Counted from the first letter of the stretch, positions 27,067 through 40,316 are shown. The stretch: DNA of 64,000 nt from Eledone cirrhosa (GCA_964016885.1 OZ024743.1:116746001-116810000), one strand, 5' to 3'. Notes: generated from the letters alone by a model not told the origin. Numbers and translations: made by a program.

Positions 27067-27505
27067 TCACACACACAAATACACACACACACACATAAAC
27101 ATACAAACAAACACAGATATACATACACTCGCACATTCACAAACATATATATGGCTTTACACTCCCATATGTACTGATATCATAGAAATAACACCTTAAA
27201 CAAATATGCATACAGATTACATCCACTTCATTGAATATGGATAGTTCGGGAATACCAGTTGTGTGAATTTGATCAAAGGCATTATCTGATTGATTATTGT
27301 AAATGAGAACAGATATCATCAATGGAGGACTCTACCCCTGCTCATCCCTATGCTTTCAACAAATTCAATAATTAGTGTCTATGGAATTACCAAAAAATAT
27401 TAATCATACGTAATCTTAAAGCTGGAAAATCTAAGAGGGATTTAGTCATTAATCATAGGAAAATAATCTGTCTGTGTTTGCAGTTAGAACAAGTATATGT
27501 GTAAA
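27065..27505 (-). repeat. Inverted, more diverged copy of segment 21500-21940 of the 1.03-kb unit
   Basis: aatcataggaaaataatctgtctgtgtttgc and gatagttcgggaataccagttgtgt are reverse complements of the 21.5-21.8 kb segment. Confidence 0.9.
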
Positions 27506-27524
27506 CATATATATATATATACAT

Positions 27525-27582
<58 letters not shown>

Positions 27583-27825
27583 GCACATATATACACACAC
27601 ACATATATATATATACAGTAACACACACATATATAGACTCACACACACATACATATATATATATATAGAGTATTTACGTATCGAGAGAGAGAAAAAAGAG
27701 GTATAGGTGATAAATGTTGTTATTTGCCAAATAGCGTATGCAGAAGGAGCTCAATAGTAGTGCCGGCAGTGTTAAATATTAGAAGTGTTAATATTTAGTG
27801 GGCTAGAGAATTATCAGAGCGTAAG

Positions 27826-27924
27826 CACGTTGAAAAGTAAGAAATAGGAGACAGAACGTTAATACATGTTTATTTTAAATAAACATGTATTAACGGTCTG
27901 TTCTCCTATTTCTTACTTTTTCAC

Positions 27925-27926
<2 letters not shown>
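27826..27926. repeat. Near-perfect ~100-bp palindrome ending in (TA)n
   Basis: acgttgaaaagtaagaaataggag...acatgtttatt / aataaacatgt...ctcctatttcttactttttcacgt. Confidence 0.9.
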
Positions 27927-27979
<53 letters not shown>

Positions 27980-28097
27980 TCTATCTATACACATACGCAA
28001 TTATACACACACACAAATATATATATATATATATATATAAAAATAAAATTAGTATTTCTCGCACTTGCATAGGTGATACATGTGTCTAGCTGCCGCA

Positions 28098-28269
28098 TTT
28101 CTCAGTGTCTAGCTACCGCATACTCGTTGTGCTAGAAATAACAGCCGTTTTTATGGGACTAAAATTAGCTCGACAGTATTACGGCTCCTTCTGTCGAGCT
28201 AATTTTAGTCCCATAAAAACGGCTGTTATTTCTAGCAGCACGAGTATGCGGTAGCTAGACACTGAGAAA
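28098..28269. repeat. Hairpin with ~78-bp arms
   Basis: tttctcagtgtctagctaccgcatactcgt...gctcgacag / ctgtcgagc...acgagtatgcggtagctagacactgagaaa. Confidence 0.92.
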
Positions 28270-28847
28270 CCATGTGCGTCGATCAGTCTTCTTAAATATT
28301 TTGAGGTGAAATATACCAATTTTCTGGGTACTTGCTGATGAGAACTGAAGATGGTATTTGTTCACTTTTTCAATTATCGAAACCTATTTGGATTTTGAAG
28401 TTTAAACTTATCTACGGAACAGGTTTGGATTTTGAAATTTAAATTTGTCCAAGTACCACGGCTATTGCCAATATGGGTTTGTTTTCATTGATTTATTATT
28501 TTAAATCGAGACAGGCAAACTGTATTAATATAAATAGTATTTTTCAATCTAGCTAACTTGGTCATTTACAATACAAACATTAATATGATTGTATTAGTGT
28601 TTATCATATATATTAATTTATATTAACTTGTATTTCACGGCTCAGAAATATTTCTTTCTTTGAGCTATTTAATTGTAAAAGACTGTTTGAGTTTATAACT
28701 CTATATTTATAGTATATATATATATATAAATATATATTATGGTTTCTTATATTGGTAATAGCTTGGTAGAGATATCTATGTCAGGGAGTAACTCGAGGCT
28801 GTAGGACGAGTTTTAAGGCGAGGCACTACAACGGAGACATACCATAT

Positions 28848-29028
28848 ATAGATATGAAATTATCAAAGACAGTTACAAAAATGGAGCCAAAGCAGGAATG
28901 TCTGTTTTGTTGGCTTCGAGCGCTACATTTGTTCATCTAGTTTGAAAAGTTGGCCCTCCAAGCCAACAAAACAGACATTCTTGCTATAGCTCCATTTTTT
29001 TAACTGTCTTTGATAATATCATATCTAT
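28848..29028. repeat. Hairpin with ~70-bp arms
   Basis: atagatatga..tatcaaagacagtta...gaatgtctgttttgttggctt / aagccaacaaaacagacattc...taactgtctttgata..tcatatctat. Confidence 0.9.
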
Positions 29029-29868
29029 TTTCCTGAGTTCAGTCCTTTTCGTCGCTATGGTCACTGCAGCCCTTCTATCAGTCGCTGTCTTCATTTTGCA
29101 AAGCTGTCTAAACGTAATGTTATAACTCTAGGGTAATATACCCTATCAAGTGCTTAGTTGCACACCGAAATTGCATTCGTTAGCTTGGCTGCAACCATGG
29201 CTTCGTTGATGGTGTACTAAATTTTGTATTATTTTCTCCTAGAATTAACCATTAATTGATTAATTTAAGTAGACAATTCTATTGATCGATTAATTGTTTG
29301 TGTTTGTTTGATAACTTCTAGTTGAGTGCTTAATTCAGTTTGTGTAATGGAATTGTTATTCCTTTGTTCCAAATTTTAAATTGACCGCCAAAATCGGGGG
29401 TTACCTCCCTTTGAGAAAACCATGTGTTTGCTAGCAGCGCTTACTCTAGCATCAACACCCGAGCGGACCAGAACGAAAAACTTGTTGATGAAGTAATCTC
29501 CATTGTTCTATCTTCAAAAACCATTAACTTACAGACACCTGAAAGTGGATTTTGTTGATTTCGGATTTACAGAAACCTAGCGGAGATATTATGGATTATA
29601 TGTGATGTATGGTATATATTATGTGTTATGTATGATGCCGACGCGATGGTCCAGGTTAGTCAAGTTTTCCCTGAGTTCAGTCCTTTTCGTCGCTATGGTC
29701 ACTGCGGTCCTTCTATCGGTCGCTGTCTTCATTTTGCAAAGCTGTCTAAACGTAATGTTATAACTCTAGGGTTATATACCCTATCGAGTGCTTAGCTGCA
29801 CACCGAGACTGCATTCGTTAGCTTGGCTGCAACCATGGCTTCGTTGATGCTGTACTAAATTTGGTATG
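29027..29868 (+). mobile_element. Element with ~200-bp direct repeats (partial tandem of a ~640-bp unit)
   Basis: cctgagttcagtccttttcgtcgctatgg...gtactaaat at ~29032 and ~29670; ends at (TA)n. Confidence 0.85.
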
Positions 29869-29869
29869 T

Positions 29870-29916
<47 letters not shown>

Positions 29917-29919
<3 letters not shown>

Positions 29920-31145
29920 CTACCCGCCGAAATACGATTCTCGCTGAATTTATATTTGTATTAATCTCCCGAGTCTAACAATTAAGCAGTTCATTTTTTT
30001 TTCAGATAATTCTATTGACTGATTAATTGCTTAAGTTTATTTTAAAAACTACCCGGTCAAGAGCTTAATTGTATTTGTGCTGTTTTTGCAATTTTTTCAT
30101 CGATTACACATACTGAATTCATTTGGGGTTTCTCCCCTGTACAGTTACACATGTGCTTTCAAAACACTGTGAGATTCAAAACGCTGGTGCAGAACAAAAT
30201 ACCTGTTGACAAAGTGATATCCTTGTTCGATCATTATACCAAATGCTTATTTTTTTAAGCAACAGTATTATTGATTTAGGTGTCGCACAAACCCTGTACT
30301 GGATTATACCATCATTTCGGTGGATCCGGGTAAATATTTCATTCATTTATTTTGTTTGACCAGTTTAGCTTGCTTCGTTTTTTTTTTTTTTTTTTTTTGG
30401 GGGGGGGGGGGGGGGCTTAGATGGTTGATAGCTTCTTAACAGCAATCTCAGTTTGTATGGCCTTTATAACATATATTTATTTCTCTGGTCTCTGTTGGTC
30501 CATGGAACGCTTGCCAACACAAGACGGAAATTGCGTTTTGCTTATTTCTACCCGCTGAAATACGATTCTCGCTGAATTCATATTTGTATTAATCTCCCGA
30601 GTCTAACAATTAACCAGTTAATTTTTTTTTTTTTAGATAATTCTTTTGACTGATTAATTGCTTAAGTTTATTTTAAAAACTACCCGGTCGAGAACTTAAT
30701 TCGATTTGTACTGTTTTTTCCAATTTTTGAATCGATTACACATACATAATTCATTTGCCAAACTTTGGGGTTTTCTCTCCTATAGAGTTACACAGAACAA
30801 AATACCTGTTGAGAAAGTGATAACCTTGTTCGATCATTATACCAAAAGCTTATTTTTTTAAGCAGACAGTATTATTGATTTAGGAGTCGCAGAAATCCTG
30901 AACTGGCTTATACCATCATTTCGGGGGGTCCGGGTTAATATTTCATTCATTTATTTTGTTTGACCTGTTTAGTTTGCTTCGTTTTGGGGGGCTTAGGGGG
31001 TTGATAGCTTCTAAACCGCCCTCTCAGTTTGTAACATATGTTTATTGCTCTGGTCTATATTGGTCCATGGAGCGCTTGCCAACACGAATCGGAAATTGCG
31101 TTGTGCTTATTTCTACCCGCCGAAATACGATTCTCGCTGAATTTA

Positions 31146-31150
<5 letters not shown>
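29917..31150 (+). mobile_element. Two-unit tandem (about 630 and 565 bp) plus a short tail, between (TA)n tracts
   Basis: tttctacccgcYgaaatacgattctcgctgaatt at 29917, 30546 and 31110; interior distantly similar to 29230-29600. Confidence 0.85.
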
Positions 31151-31206
<56 letters not shown>

Positions 31207-31545
31207 TATATATATATCATCATCATCATCATCATCATCATTATCATCCGCTTTTCCCTGCTTGCAAGAGTAGGACGATATATATATATATATCTATATA
31301 AGAGATTTTCAAACTTTTATCAGAGGGACATTTATTTAACTGTTTTTAAGATTTTAAAACAAAACTCTAGTCTCCCTCAAATTAGGATCCTCCAATAACA
31401 ATGCACTTATCATAGCACATCCGCAACTTTTGAAGTCCCCCTTGTAGAAGAAAGCCCTCACTGTATCACCATGCTGTGATTTTAAGGCAATGATTACATG
31501 CCTTTCCATTTACTGAGTCAATTTTAATAACTGGTATTATTTATC

Positions 31546-31733
31546 TGGCAGTATCGGTAGAGGGTTGGACACCATGCTTTCTAGCATAGTTACATCCTGC
31601 GTTCAAATCTTTACGGTCTGAGTTCAAATCCCATCGAGGTTAACTTTGCCTTTCATCCTTACGGGGTCGATAAAATAAAGTAAAAGTAATGGACTGGGTA
31701 ATTGCTGGCCTTGTGTCCAAAGAAGAAACAATT
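31546..31733 (+). mobile_element. SINE family A
   Basis: tggcagtatcggtagaggg...gagttcaaatccc...gcctttcatccttacggggtcgataaaataaagt...gaaacaatta. Confidence 0.9.
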
Positions 31734-31942
31734 ATTTATCTGAAAAATTAAAAGTAAAACCTTGATAAGAAAGTTACAGCTGTAGACTTCAAAGCGCATT
31801 CACACTGCCAATATCATAGGAAACCACATATCTAATATTTTTTAGAGAACAATATAATCAGTTTTTATGCCAACAAAAATCACACACACACACCACAAAC
31901 ACACACACAAACACACACACACACACATGTATATATATGTGT

Positions 31943-31978
<36 letters not shown>

Positions 31979-34900
31979 TATATAGTTATATATATATATA
32001 TATATATATGAGAAGTATGGAGTTCGATTTTTGCTAGCGGCTACTTGCCACTTTATCCATCTATAGGGGTTGATACCCGATTTTCTAAGCTATTGTTTAT
32101 ATTACGTATACCAATCGACTGTGATTACTTTTAATTTCTGTGTTGATATGTCTACAGTTTCTAAGAAATATATATTTATTCATTGTAAAGAACAATCACT
32201 TTAAAAGATTTAAGTACAATGATTATTAATTTAATATACTGAAATGTATTTCAATGGTATTATACTCTTCAAGATTTGAAACTAATTTGGAACTGTCCAA
32301 TCCTAATAAATAATTTCTGTCAATCCTAATATATAATTTCTGAAACACAGTCATTTATTTATGTTATTTACAGAGTGACACCTTGATGTGGACACATGTT
32401 ATTAATATTGTTGAATCTCCTTTAGTTCCCACAGCGATTGTTCCAGTTAATTAGATCAACGAAACAGTATGCTCCTGTAATTAACCTGCAACTGGCATAA
32501 CATTAAACAGATAAGTTTATCATGAAAGCAATTTACTGTGAGATTCAACGTTCTTTGAATTACATACATGTACAAATTCTGTTTACACTCTAGATGCGGA
32601 ATAAAATATCTGGTTCAGAAACATAAAACCCTGAGAATTGAACTCATAACTTTACGATCTTGAGCGGACTATATTGACCACTTAGGCATGCGCCTTCATT
32701 GATTCAAGATACACACAGAAAATGGTGGAGAAAAGTTGAATTCTTTCAAGATTATTTTGCATTAATCATTATGCCGCATTCGTTATATCTAAGATAACAT
32801 AATCAGCATTACTGTGAATTTTTCATTCAACGTTGATCAAGAATAACTGATAATAAATCTTATGATTTATGTAATAGATTTTAACATATGTCTGCTTACT
32901 TCGTAGGTAATTCATAATTGTGTATTATCATACTTACGCTGATTAAATAGCTGGAAAATTTCGATGTCGTAAAAACTCATCAATTCAAACTTTTTTTAAT
33001 TATTAAATTATGAATATATTTCATTGTCTTCACGTCTCCTTGGAATTAATATCATATTAATTTAGCAATAAATATATTAATATAAACGTTTTATGCGTTT
33101 TCTCCCATGAGAAGTTTGAATAATGTTTAAGACTTGTCATGGACTTCTGCATATGCTGCAACGAAGGAAAATAATGTGGAAAAAGGCCTTTTCGGCTACA
33201 GCCAACCATATTCATGCAAGACATTTTTAAGACGTTTAGAACCCGCGATGTTTGTGATTGAAGTTGTTTAAGTGAAGAAAGTCCTTGGACTGGACCATTC
33301 CCATTCGATAAACAACCGTGTCAGATATTTAAAAAGAAGAACAGATCAAGAACGTTGAGTACCACCGTATCACAGGATTTGCATCAGTTTTCTTTTTCCT
33401 AAAATGATGTACTAAAAGAACCAGAGGATGGAACACGAAGCTCGCAACCTTACTTCCATTAATCAACACTGATGCAGAAAGGGCGAGCAGATACCTGGCC
33501 TAGGCACAAACGCGTGACAAGGCTTGCAGTCATGCATAATGACGATCTATCGTCACCCAATGATTCATGGAAGTAAAGAAGAAATATATCAATTTTCGGC
33601 CGACAAAATCCTGGTGAAAGATATTGTCAATGGGAAGATAGAAACTGTGAAGCCTACTATACAAATTATCACAGTAAATTTGTTTGAGGATTTAGGGCAT
33701 GCATTCCTGTATAATACTCACCCACGTACACTCTACTTCAATGAATAGATAGTTGAGTTGATGGAAAGCGTGAATAACTGTCGTTGAAAATGATAAAGTG
33801 TCCATTTACTTTTCGTGTGTGTGTGTATGTTTGTTTGTGTTAGTATGAGTGTGCTTCGAAGCCTATATTAATGTCTGTGTATATGCTTTTGATGTTGTAT
33901 GTATATGTATAGGGTCCTTATTATGTAGGCGAGTTTGTGTGTAAGTGTATATGGATGAAAGTATTTGTAATTGCGTGCTGGGTTGCGTGTTTTTATGAGT
34001 GTCAGAGTGCGTTTTTGTGCAGTCCGTGTTAGTGTATATGTGAGACATGTGTGTGTAAGTGTTTCTGTGTGCATATATATATATATGTGAATGTGTTTGC
34101 ATGTATATGTCTGCATTTGTGTATGTTTGTGTATGCATGTCTCTGAATGAATACGTTTGTGCAAATACACATATGTGTATAACTTTTGCATATGGATGCA
34201 CGTGCGTGAATGTAAGAACCTTTGAGCGTGCCCAAGCATATGCTTTGAAATGAATATGTCAGAGAATGTCTTGGGAGCCGTCATTTCTGATATCAACACA
34301 TGAACCTCCTGAACCATTCAACGCCTTGTCAAGAGATTCGATATCATATTGCCAAACAGTGTCATAAAATACGTCATTCATCTGATTTATTCTTTTATTT
34401 TTGTTTTGCTTTGGTATCAATTTTTTTTTTTAAAATCTCTATAAAAAAAGAAACTAATTTTTCCGTCACTATTTTTAATCACAAATCCTCACATCCTCTA
34501 TGCGGCAAACCGCTTCACATCACAATCAAAATCATTTTCAATGATACTAATGAACAAGACAGTAACAAGAGAGTAACTTGATCTGCTAAAAATAACAAAT
34601 CTATATTAAATTAGAAAGTACACCTGATATAATGGTCTATAATTCAATGCCACCAATGTTGGTGGAGATGGAAAGTTGATTATATCGATCCCAGTGTTTA
34701 ATTGGTACTTTATTTTATCGATCCCGGGAGGATAACAAGCAAAGTTAACCTCGGAGGAAGATCTTCGCCATGGCTATGTTCATCACTAGAACCTATTAAC
34801 ATATAAAATATCATGTGAAATAGTAGCATCCCAGACTAACACTTCACACCAGAAGAGGATAGAGCCCAGAACCACACCAGTCACTCCATATATTGAGTAT

Positions 34901-35243
34901 GATTTGGTATTATGCACCATGATTTTACTAGGAGTTTTAGGTGTCCATACTGTCGTGAGCCACCATAGACACACTCTCAACTCTCCCTCTTTTAATCCAG
35001 TCAAACATCTAGGATCTAACAGCTGGAAGGAAATAGAGTCGTACCAGTATTGCACAGATCCATTCTTTATGGACCCAGAAAGGGTGAAAAACAAAGTTGA
35101 CATAGCTGGATTTTGAATTTAATGGACGGTGAGCCCGAACGAAAGCCATAAAGCATTCTATTCGACGCTCTAACGACTTTCGCTGCGTAATAGTATAATA
35201 ACCGTGATTAATATCTCTGCCGAATAGACCTTCTATATATTAA

Positions 35244-35745
35244 GAGTGGATGGAGAGAAACTCCCTATTGAAAATAACTTATGTCTTTTGGCCTACTATG
35301 GCAACTTAGGACAAAATAAATGACCTCATATTCATGCAAGATGGGGCTCGTCTTCGTTTTGCACGCAGTGGCCATGAGAGGCTCAATATCCAATTTCTAG
35401 AATGTTGGCTGAGTGGCAGAGGTCCAGATGAATGACCAGCAAGAAGCCCCGACTTAACGTCATGCATTTTCTTCCAGTGAGAGTGGACGAAGGAAGATTT
35501 TGTCTCAAAACCAAAATCTCTGACTCGGTTGGAGGAACGCATTCTACATTTACTGACCAACCTACAACCTGAATTCTTGATGAAGCCAGACGATTAAAAA
35601 CACTGGTGGAGCATGTTGGTGCCTATGTAGAATGTTACCACTCTACTTCAACAATTCCACTGTTCAAAATAAAACAGGTTTTATGAAGATCGACCAATAA
35701 TTAATAAAGTTAAGAATTTTAAAGAGGGAGTTTCTTTCCACACAA

Positions 35746-35748
<3 letters not shown>
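35244..35748 (+). mobile_element. Internally deleted Tc1/mariner-superfamily DNA transposon
   Basis: Hand translation from ~35325: LIFMQDGA...WLSGRGPDE*PARSPDLTSCIFF, matching the FxQDGA / WPxRSPDL motifs; imperfect TIRs ggagagaaactccct / agggagtttctttcc; ends at TA. Confidence 0.8.
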
Positions 35749-35824
<76 letters not shown>

Positions 35825-35834
35825 ATTATTATTA

Positions 35835-36222
35835 TACTTGGGGAGGCTCATATTTGTGTAATAATATTGCCAGAATTAATAACAGAATACACTCACTGTT
35901 TGGTTGGTTTTCGCTTCTGTGTCTTTTATATCGGTTAATTTAATTTATTCGGTCCTCAATGTTACCAGTGACTGACAAATATAACGTTACCATTGACTGA
36001 CCAAGTATAACAATATTTGTTTCGACAAATATTGTTATACAAATATTGTTATACTTGGTCAGTCAATGGTAACGTTATATTGGTCAGTCAATGGTAACAT
36101 TGAGGACCGAATAAATTAAATTAACCGATATAAAAGACACAGAAGCGAAAACCAACCAAACAGTGAGTGTGTTCTGTTATTAATTCTAGCAATATTATTA
36201 CACAAATATGAGCCTCCCCAAG
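35835..36222. repeat. Fold-back element with ~185-bp arms
   Basis: cttggggaggctcatatttgtgtaata... / ...tattacacaaatatgagcctccccaag; a related fragment lies at 12606-12660. Confidence 0.92.
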
Positions 36223-36234
36223 GTAAAGAGGCAA

Positions 36235-36415
36235 GACCCCGACGGCTGAACTCCGGCTGTTTCGACAGCTAGATCCGAACTGAATTCGGTTCCAGCTGTC
36301 GAAATGGCCGGAGCTCAGCCGTGGGGGTCCTGACTCTTCTCGTATTGCTACACTAGGTATCGAGTACTCTGGTGCGTTATGGTCCACGTGGTTTCCTACC
36401 ACACTTTCTTTGTTA
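36235..36415 (+). mobile_element. 3' tail of the PLE family seen at 50960-56265, with its HHR 3' half duplicated in inverted orientation
   Basis: gtcgaaatggccggagctcagccgtgggggtcc...gagtactctggtgcgttatggtcca matches the reverse complement of 50966-51085; 36235-36270 is its inverted copy. Confidence 0.8.
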
Positions 36416-36492
36416 TATATATATATATATGTATAAGTTGAAATAAAATGAAAACGAAATTTCATTTCTCACTCTTAGTACGGCACTTACTT

Positions 36493-36552
36493 AAATGTAA
36501 GTATTTGTGTATACGTACATACATATATGTATACAGACGTACAGTAGCATGC

Positions 36553-36583
<31 letters not shown>

Positions 36584-36913
36584 TACATACAGGCACATCG
36601 TTTTCGGTATGCCTGACCGACTTGACTCACTTGATATGCAAATTAGGCTGCTCAGCCGTTAATTTTCATAAGGAAAGTATATACTTTCGAACGTTCAACT
36701 ATCTGGCAGAAGGGTATACGGTGCTGATGATAGCTAACAAGCTTGAAACTAGTACATCGTTCCTGTGTCAGTGTTGAACAAAAAGGTGACGTGGTTGCCT
36801 TAACAGCGAACGGCATAAACATTTCAGGCTGTTCAGTTTGTTTACAAACGAACAAAGCGGCGTTATAATAAGCGTCCGCTAAACTGATACGTGCATATAT
36901 GTATGTGTACCTG

Positions 36914-36944
<31 letters not shown>

Positions 36945-37000
36945 GCATGCTACTGTACGTCTGTATACATATATGTATGTACGTATACACACATACTTAC

Positions 37001-37004
<4 letters not shown>
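36493..37004. mobile_element. Element with ~100-bp inverted flanks and a central HHR; flank sequence recurs at 40212-40390
   Basis: aaatgtaagtat...cagacgtacagtagcatgca / tgcatgctactgtacgtctg...atacttacattt. Confidence 0.8.
36719..36759 (+). ncRNA. Minimal type I hammerhead ribozyme
   Basis: CGGTG-CTGATGA-T AGCT aaca AGCT T-GAAA-CTAG-TA-CATCG; palindromic stem III, GUA triplet. Confidence 0.8.
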
Positions 37005-37084
<80 letters not shown>

Positions 37085-37249
37085 ATGTGTGTGTGTATTC
37101 GTATTGGTGCTTTGAAATAGCGATATACATATGAATGTATGTATTTAACAATATACTGTATGTTTATTTAAAAAGCATTTTGAAAGCAGTTCACTATGAA
37201 TTTTAAGGTAGTGGCTAACGTCATATCCCTAACTTCAGCAAAGGTAGCG

Positions 37250-37480
37250 GTTGTGGCGGGCGGTGGTGGCGGTATCAGTAGTAATAGTGATGGTCGTAGT
37301 ATTAGTGGTAATGGTGGTAGTGGTGGTGGTGTTGGTAGTAGTAGTAGTAGTAGTAGTTGTAGTAGTTGTAGTAGTAGTAGTAGTAGTAGTAGTGGCAGTG
37401 GTAGTAGAGGTAATGGTTGTAGTTGTAGTGGTAGTACTGGTAGTGGTGGTGTTGGTAGTAGCATTAGCTGTAGTAGTAGT
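37250..37480. repeat. (GTA/GGT)n trinucleotide low-complexity tract
   Basis: Direct reading. Confidence 0.9.
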
Positions 37481-37482
37481 CG

Positions 37483-38190
37483 AGGAGGGGGAGATTTTAG
37501 ACAGACTCTCGCAGTAATTCCAAAAGGCAATAAGATTGATCAAATCCGGGCCTGTTTGAAAAAAATGACACTTTGGAATTCTATCAAAGTTTTGAAGCTC
37601 GCTCCAATCATTAGAGAATATCTTGGTAGAGACGAACAATCAGAGCAGTTCGCCCAGAATCTATTAATGCTTGAGGACGGAAGACTTGCTGTAGATAGAA
37701 AAGAAGCTATTGATATGAGTCACATAGGCACGATGGTGGAATCATTATGCCATCTACTAGCAAAAATGTTCCCTAATCTTGAATATTAGTTCCTAAATCA
37801 CAAGTGGCTCACTGAAAGGGTTATATTGGTCCCGAAATATGTGCCTGTGAAATTAGTAAATCAAGAGCTGTTACAAAGTATGCCAAAGATTTCAAAGCTC
37901 TGCACGTTTGATGACACTGTGGCGGAATAGTCGGAAGCAGTCAATTACCCAAAGGGTTTCTCAATTCTTTAAAACCACTAAGAATGCCTCCACATGTCCA
38001 TCATCTTAAAGAAGGAGCACCTATCATGTTATTGAGAAATTTGTGCCGACCAACGGCACTTGATTGGTTGTGGAAAATATGTATTCACACGTGATTCAAG
38101 CTACCATTTCAACAGGATGTGTTAGTCCCAAGAATTCCCCTTATCCCCACTGATGTCCCATTTCATTTCAAACGACTTTAATTTCCATTT
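37483..38190 (+). pseudogene. Helitron PIF1-type helicase fragment, disrupted
   Basis: GGDFRQTLAVIPKG, ACLKK..LWN, QFAQNLL in the ORF track; downstream relics WLTERVIL, MPPH..LKEGAPIMLLRNL, VPRIPLIPTDVPFHFKRL. Confidence 0.88.
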
Positions 38191-39254
38191 TCTCTCAATC
38201 TTTCTTTCACTATTTTCTTGTATGCGTGTGCGTCTGTGTGTGTTGATGCGTGTATGTGTATAGCTGACGAACGGCAATGTCGCTTGTTCTGTCGTACTTT
38301 CAATTCGTGTTATACCCACATATATATACATACGTGTGTGTGTTTTAACTATCTATCAATATATTTATTTATCTTCTTTCTAATACCTATTCTTAATTAC
38401 CCAACTGTCAATAGTATGTGTTTTCTTATCAACCTCCCTCTCTCTGTGCCACTTTCCCACTATTTACTTATCATATTTTAATCTATCTCTAGCGAACTAT
38501 TTACAACAAAGCTCTAAGTTGAATAAATTGCCAAATGGGGAAATATAACGCAAAATCCAACGAAATATCTCTGAAACAAACACAGAGAATGCCATCAAGA
38601 TTAGAACAGTAATAATACTAGAATTAGCCAAGATAATATGATATTTACAGTTTTCCTAAAATTTTCATCTGACATATTACTCATATATTTCTTCCTTCTA
38701 TATATTCACTTGTACAAAAATAACAGGGATATTAGTGATATGCCAAATCTCACATATTTACACAGAAAATATATTTCTTTAGGAAAATAAGCATATTTAT
38801 AAATAGAAGAAAGGAAATAAATATATTATATGACTTACTTAGTTAAAAGTGTAATATCAATTTTTTAGTACTTTTGCACATGTGTCATAATCTCACGCCT
38901 AGTGAAAGATATCCAAATGCCTGCGATTAAGATATGCAAAATATGCGATGACTCTCATAGATTAGCATAAAGTGTGAAAGCAACTGAGGAGATTAAAAAG
39001 ATGAGAAAACATTTGTATTTCCATTGCATTGTTTCACGGAAAGCTAATAATTGTTGTTTTTTCAGGGGGGGGGGGATCAGTGGTTGTCAGCTTACTGTGT
39101 TTCGAATGGCATGTATCACAGCTTCCGATGATAAAACACAAACTAGAAGGGAGAAATATGTTTTGCGACAGTTAAGCTTCATAAACACATACACACAGAT
39201 ACGGAATGTATATGTATTAAGTATGTGTGTGTATGTTTGACACCCAGAAAATAG

Positions 39255-39440
39255 CTATTTCTACTTTAGGCACAAGCCCAACCATTTTTGTTGAGAACGT
39301 TACTGGTGCTTTTATTTTATCGAGGGCGCATGGATGAAAGGAAAAGATAACCTCGGCGAGATTTCAACTCAGAACGTAAAGGCTCATAACTCTATGCCGC
39401 TAAACATATTATCCGGCGCTCTACCGATCACTGCTAATCC
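39255..39440 (-). mobile_element. SINE family A
   Basis: tttctactttaggcacaag...ttttatcga...ggatgaaagg...aactcagaac...ctctaccgat. Confidence 0.8.
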
Positions 39441-40150
39441 TTGACACCCAGAAAATAATGAGCCTGGATCCATTTTCGTTGATGTGTGTTATATTCTCTC
39501 TTTATATTAGAAACCTTATCCATTCATTACATGTGAGTGTGAGTATGCTTTAATGTATTTATATACTTCGATGAGCATTTTTTATTTATTTATTCTTTTA
39601 TTTGTCTTTCTTCTCTATGCATGTCTTTGCATGTGATATGCTACTCAGCTGATTAATAGAAATCCTATCAATTGTTTCTGAAGAACAACAGCATATGTGC
39701 TTTTACGAGGCTGCAGGTATGGAGTTGCATAACTACGAATGAACAATCTGCATATCGATATTTTGTTCTCTGAATCGACCCTAAAACAATGGGTTAAAGA
39801 CTACTCCTCTTTGTTTTTCATAATATATATTTATGCATCTGCATATGTATATATATATATATGATTTGCAATGTATATGTATACATATATATATGATTTG
39901 CAATGTATATGTATACATTGCAAACCATATATATATATATAAACGTTTATAATTGTAAGGCCAAAACAATGCAGGTATGGATATAGAATATAAATGTATA
40001 TGCAAAAGTTATTGTTGACAATTAGTCTTTTACCTTAAATTTATTTAAATATCCTTAATTTTCGAGATAATATCTCTTCTTCGCAGGGAAGTAAAGTGGT
40101 TAATCCAACGTTCTAACTAGCTTGCCGAGTGAACTATAACTTCCACCTTT

Positions 40151-40215
<65 letters not shown>

Positions 40216-40316
40216 TTGAAATAAAATGAAAACGAAATTTCATTTCTCGCTCTTAGTACGGCACTTACTTAAATGTAAGTATGTATGTATACGTACATAC
40301 ATATATGTATACAGAC

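Noticed and set aside
33100-33750. Possible mariner transposase relic (also 5440-5980, 31300-31445, 60250-60900)
   Set aside because: Too degenerate; no diagnostic motif or TIR pair could be read reliably
37168-37639. Poly-Ser/Gly, poly-Thr, poly-Val and poly-Leu ORFs
   Set aside because: Trinucleotide tract; only the part from GGDFRQ onward is protein-like (Helitron)
40050-40090. GAGAT/ATCTC-GAAA on the minus strand
   Set aside because: Core is not CUGAnGA; at best an unprovable relic
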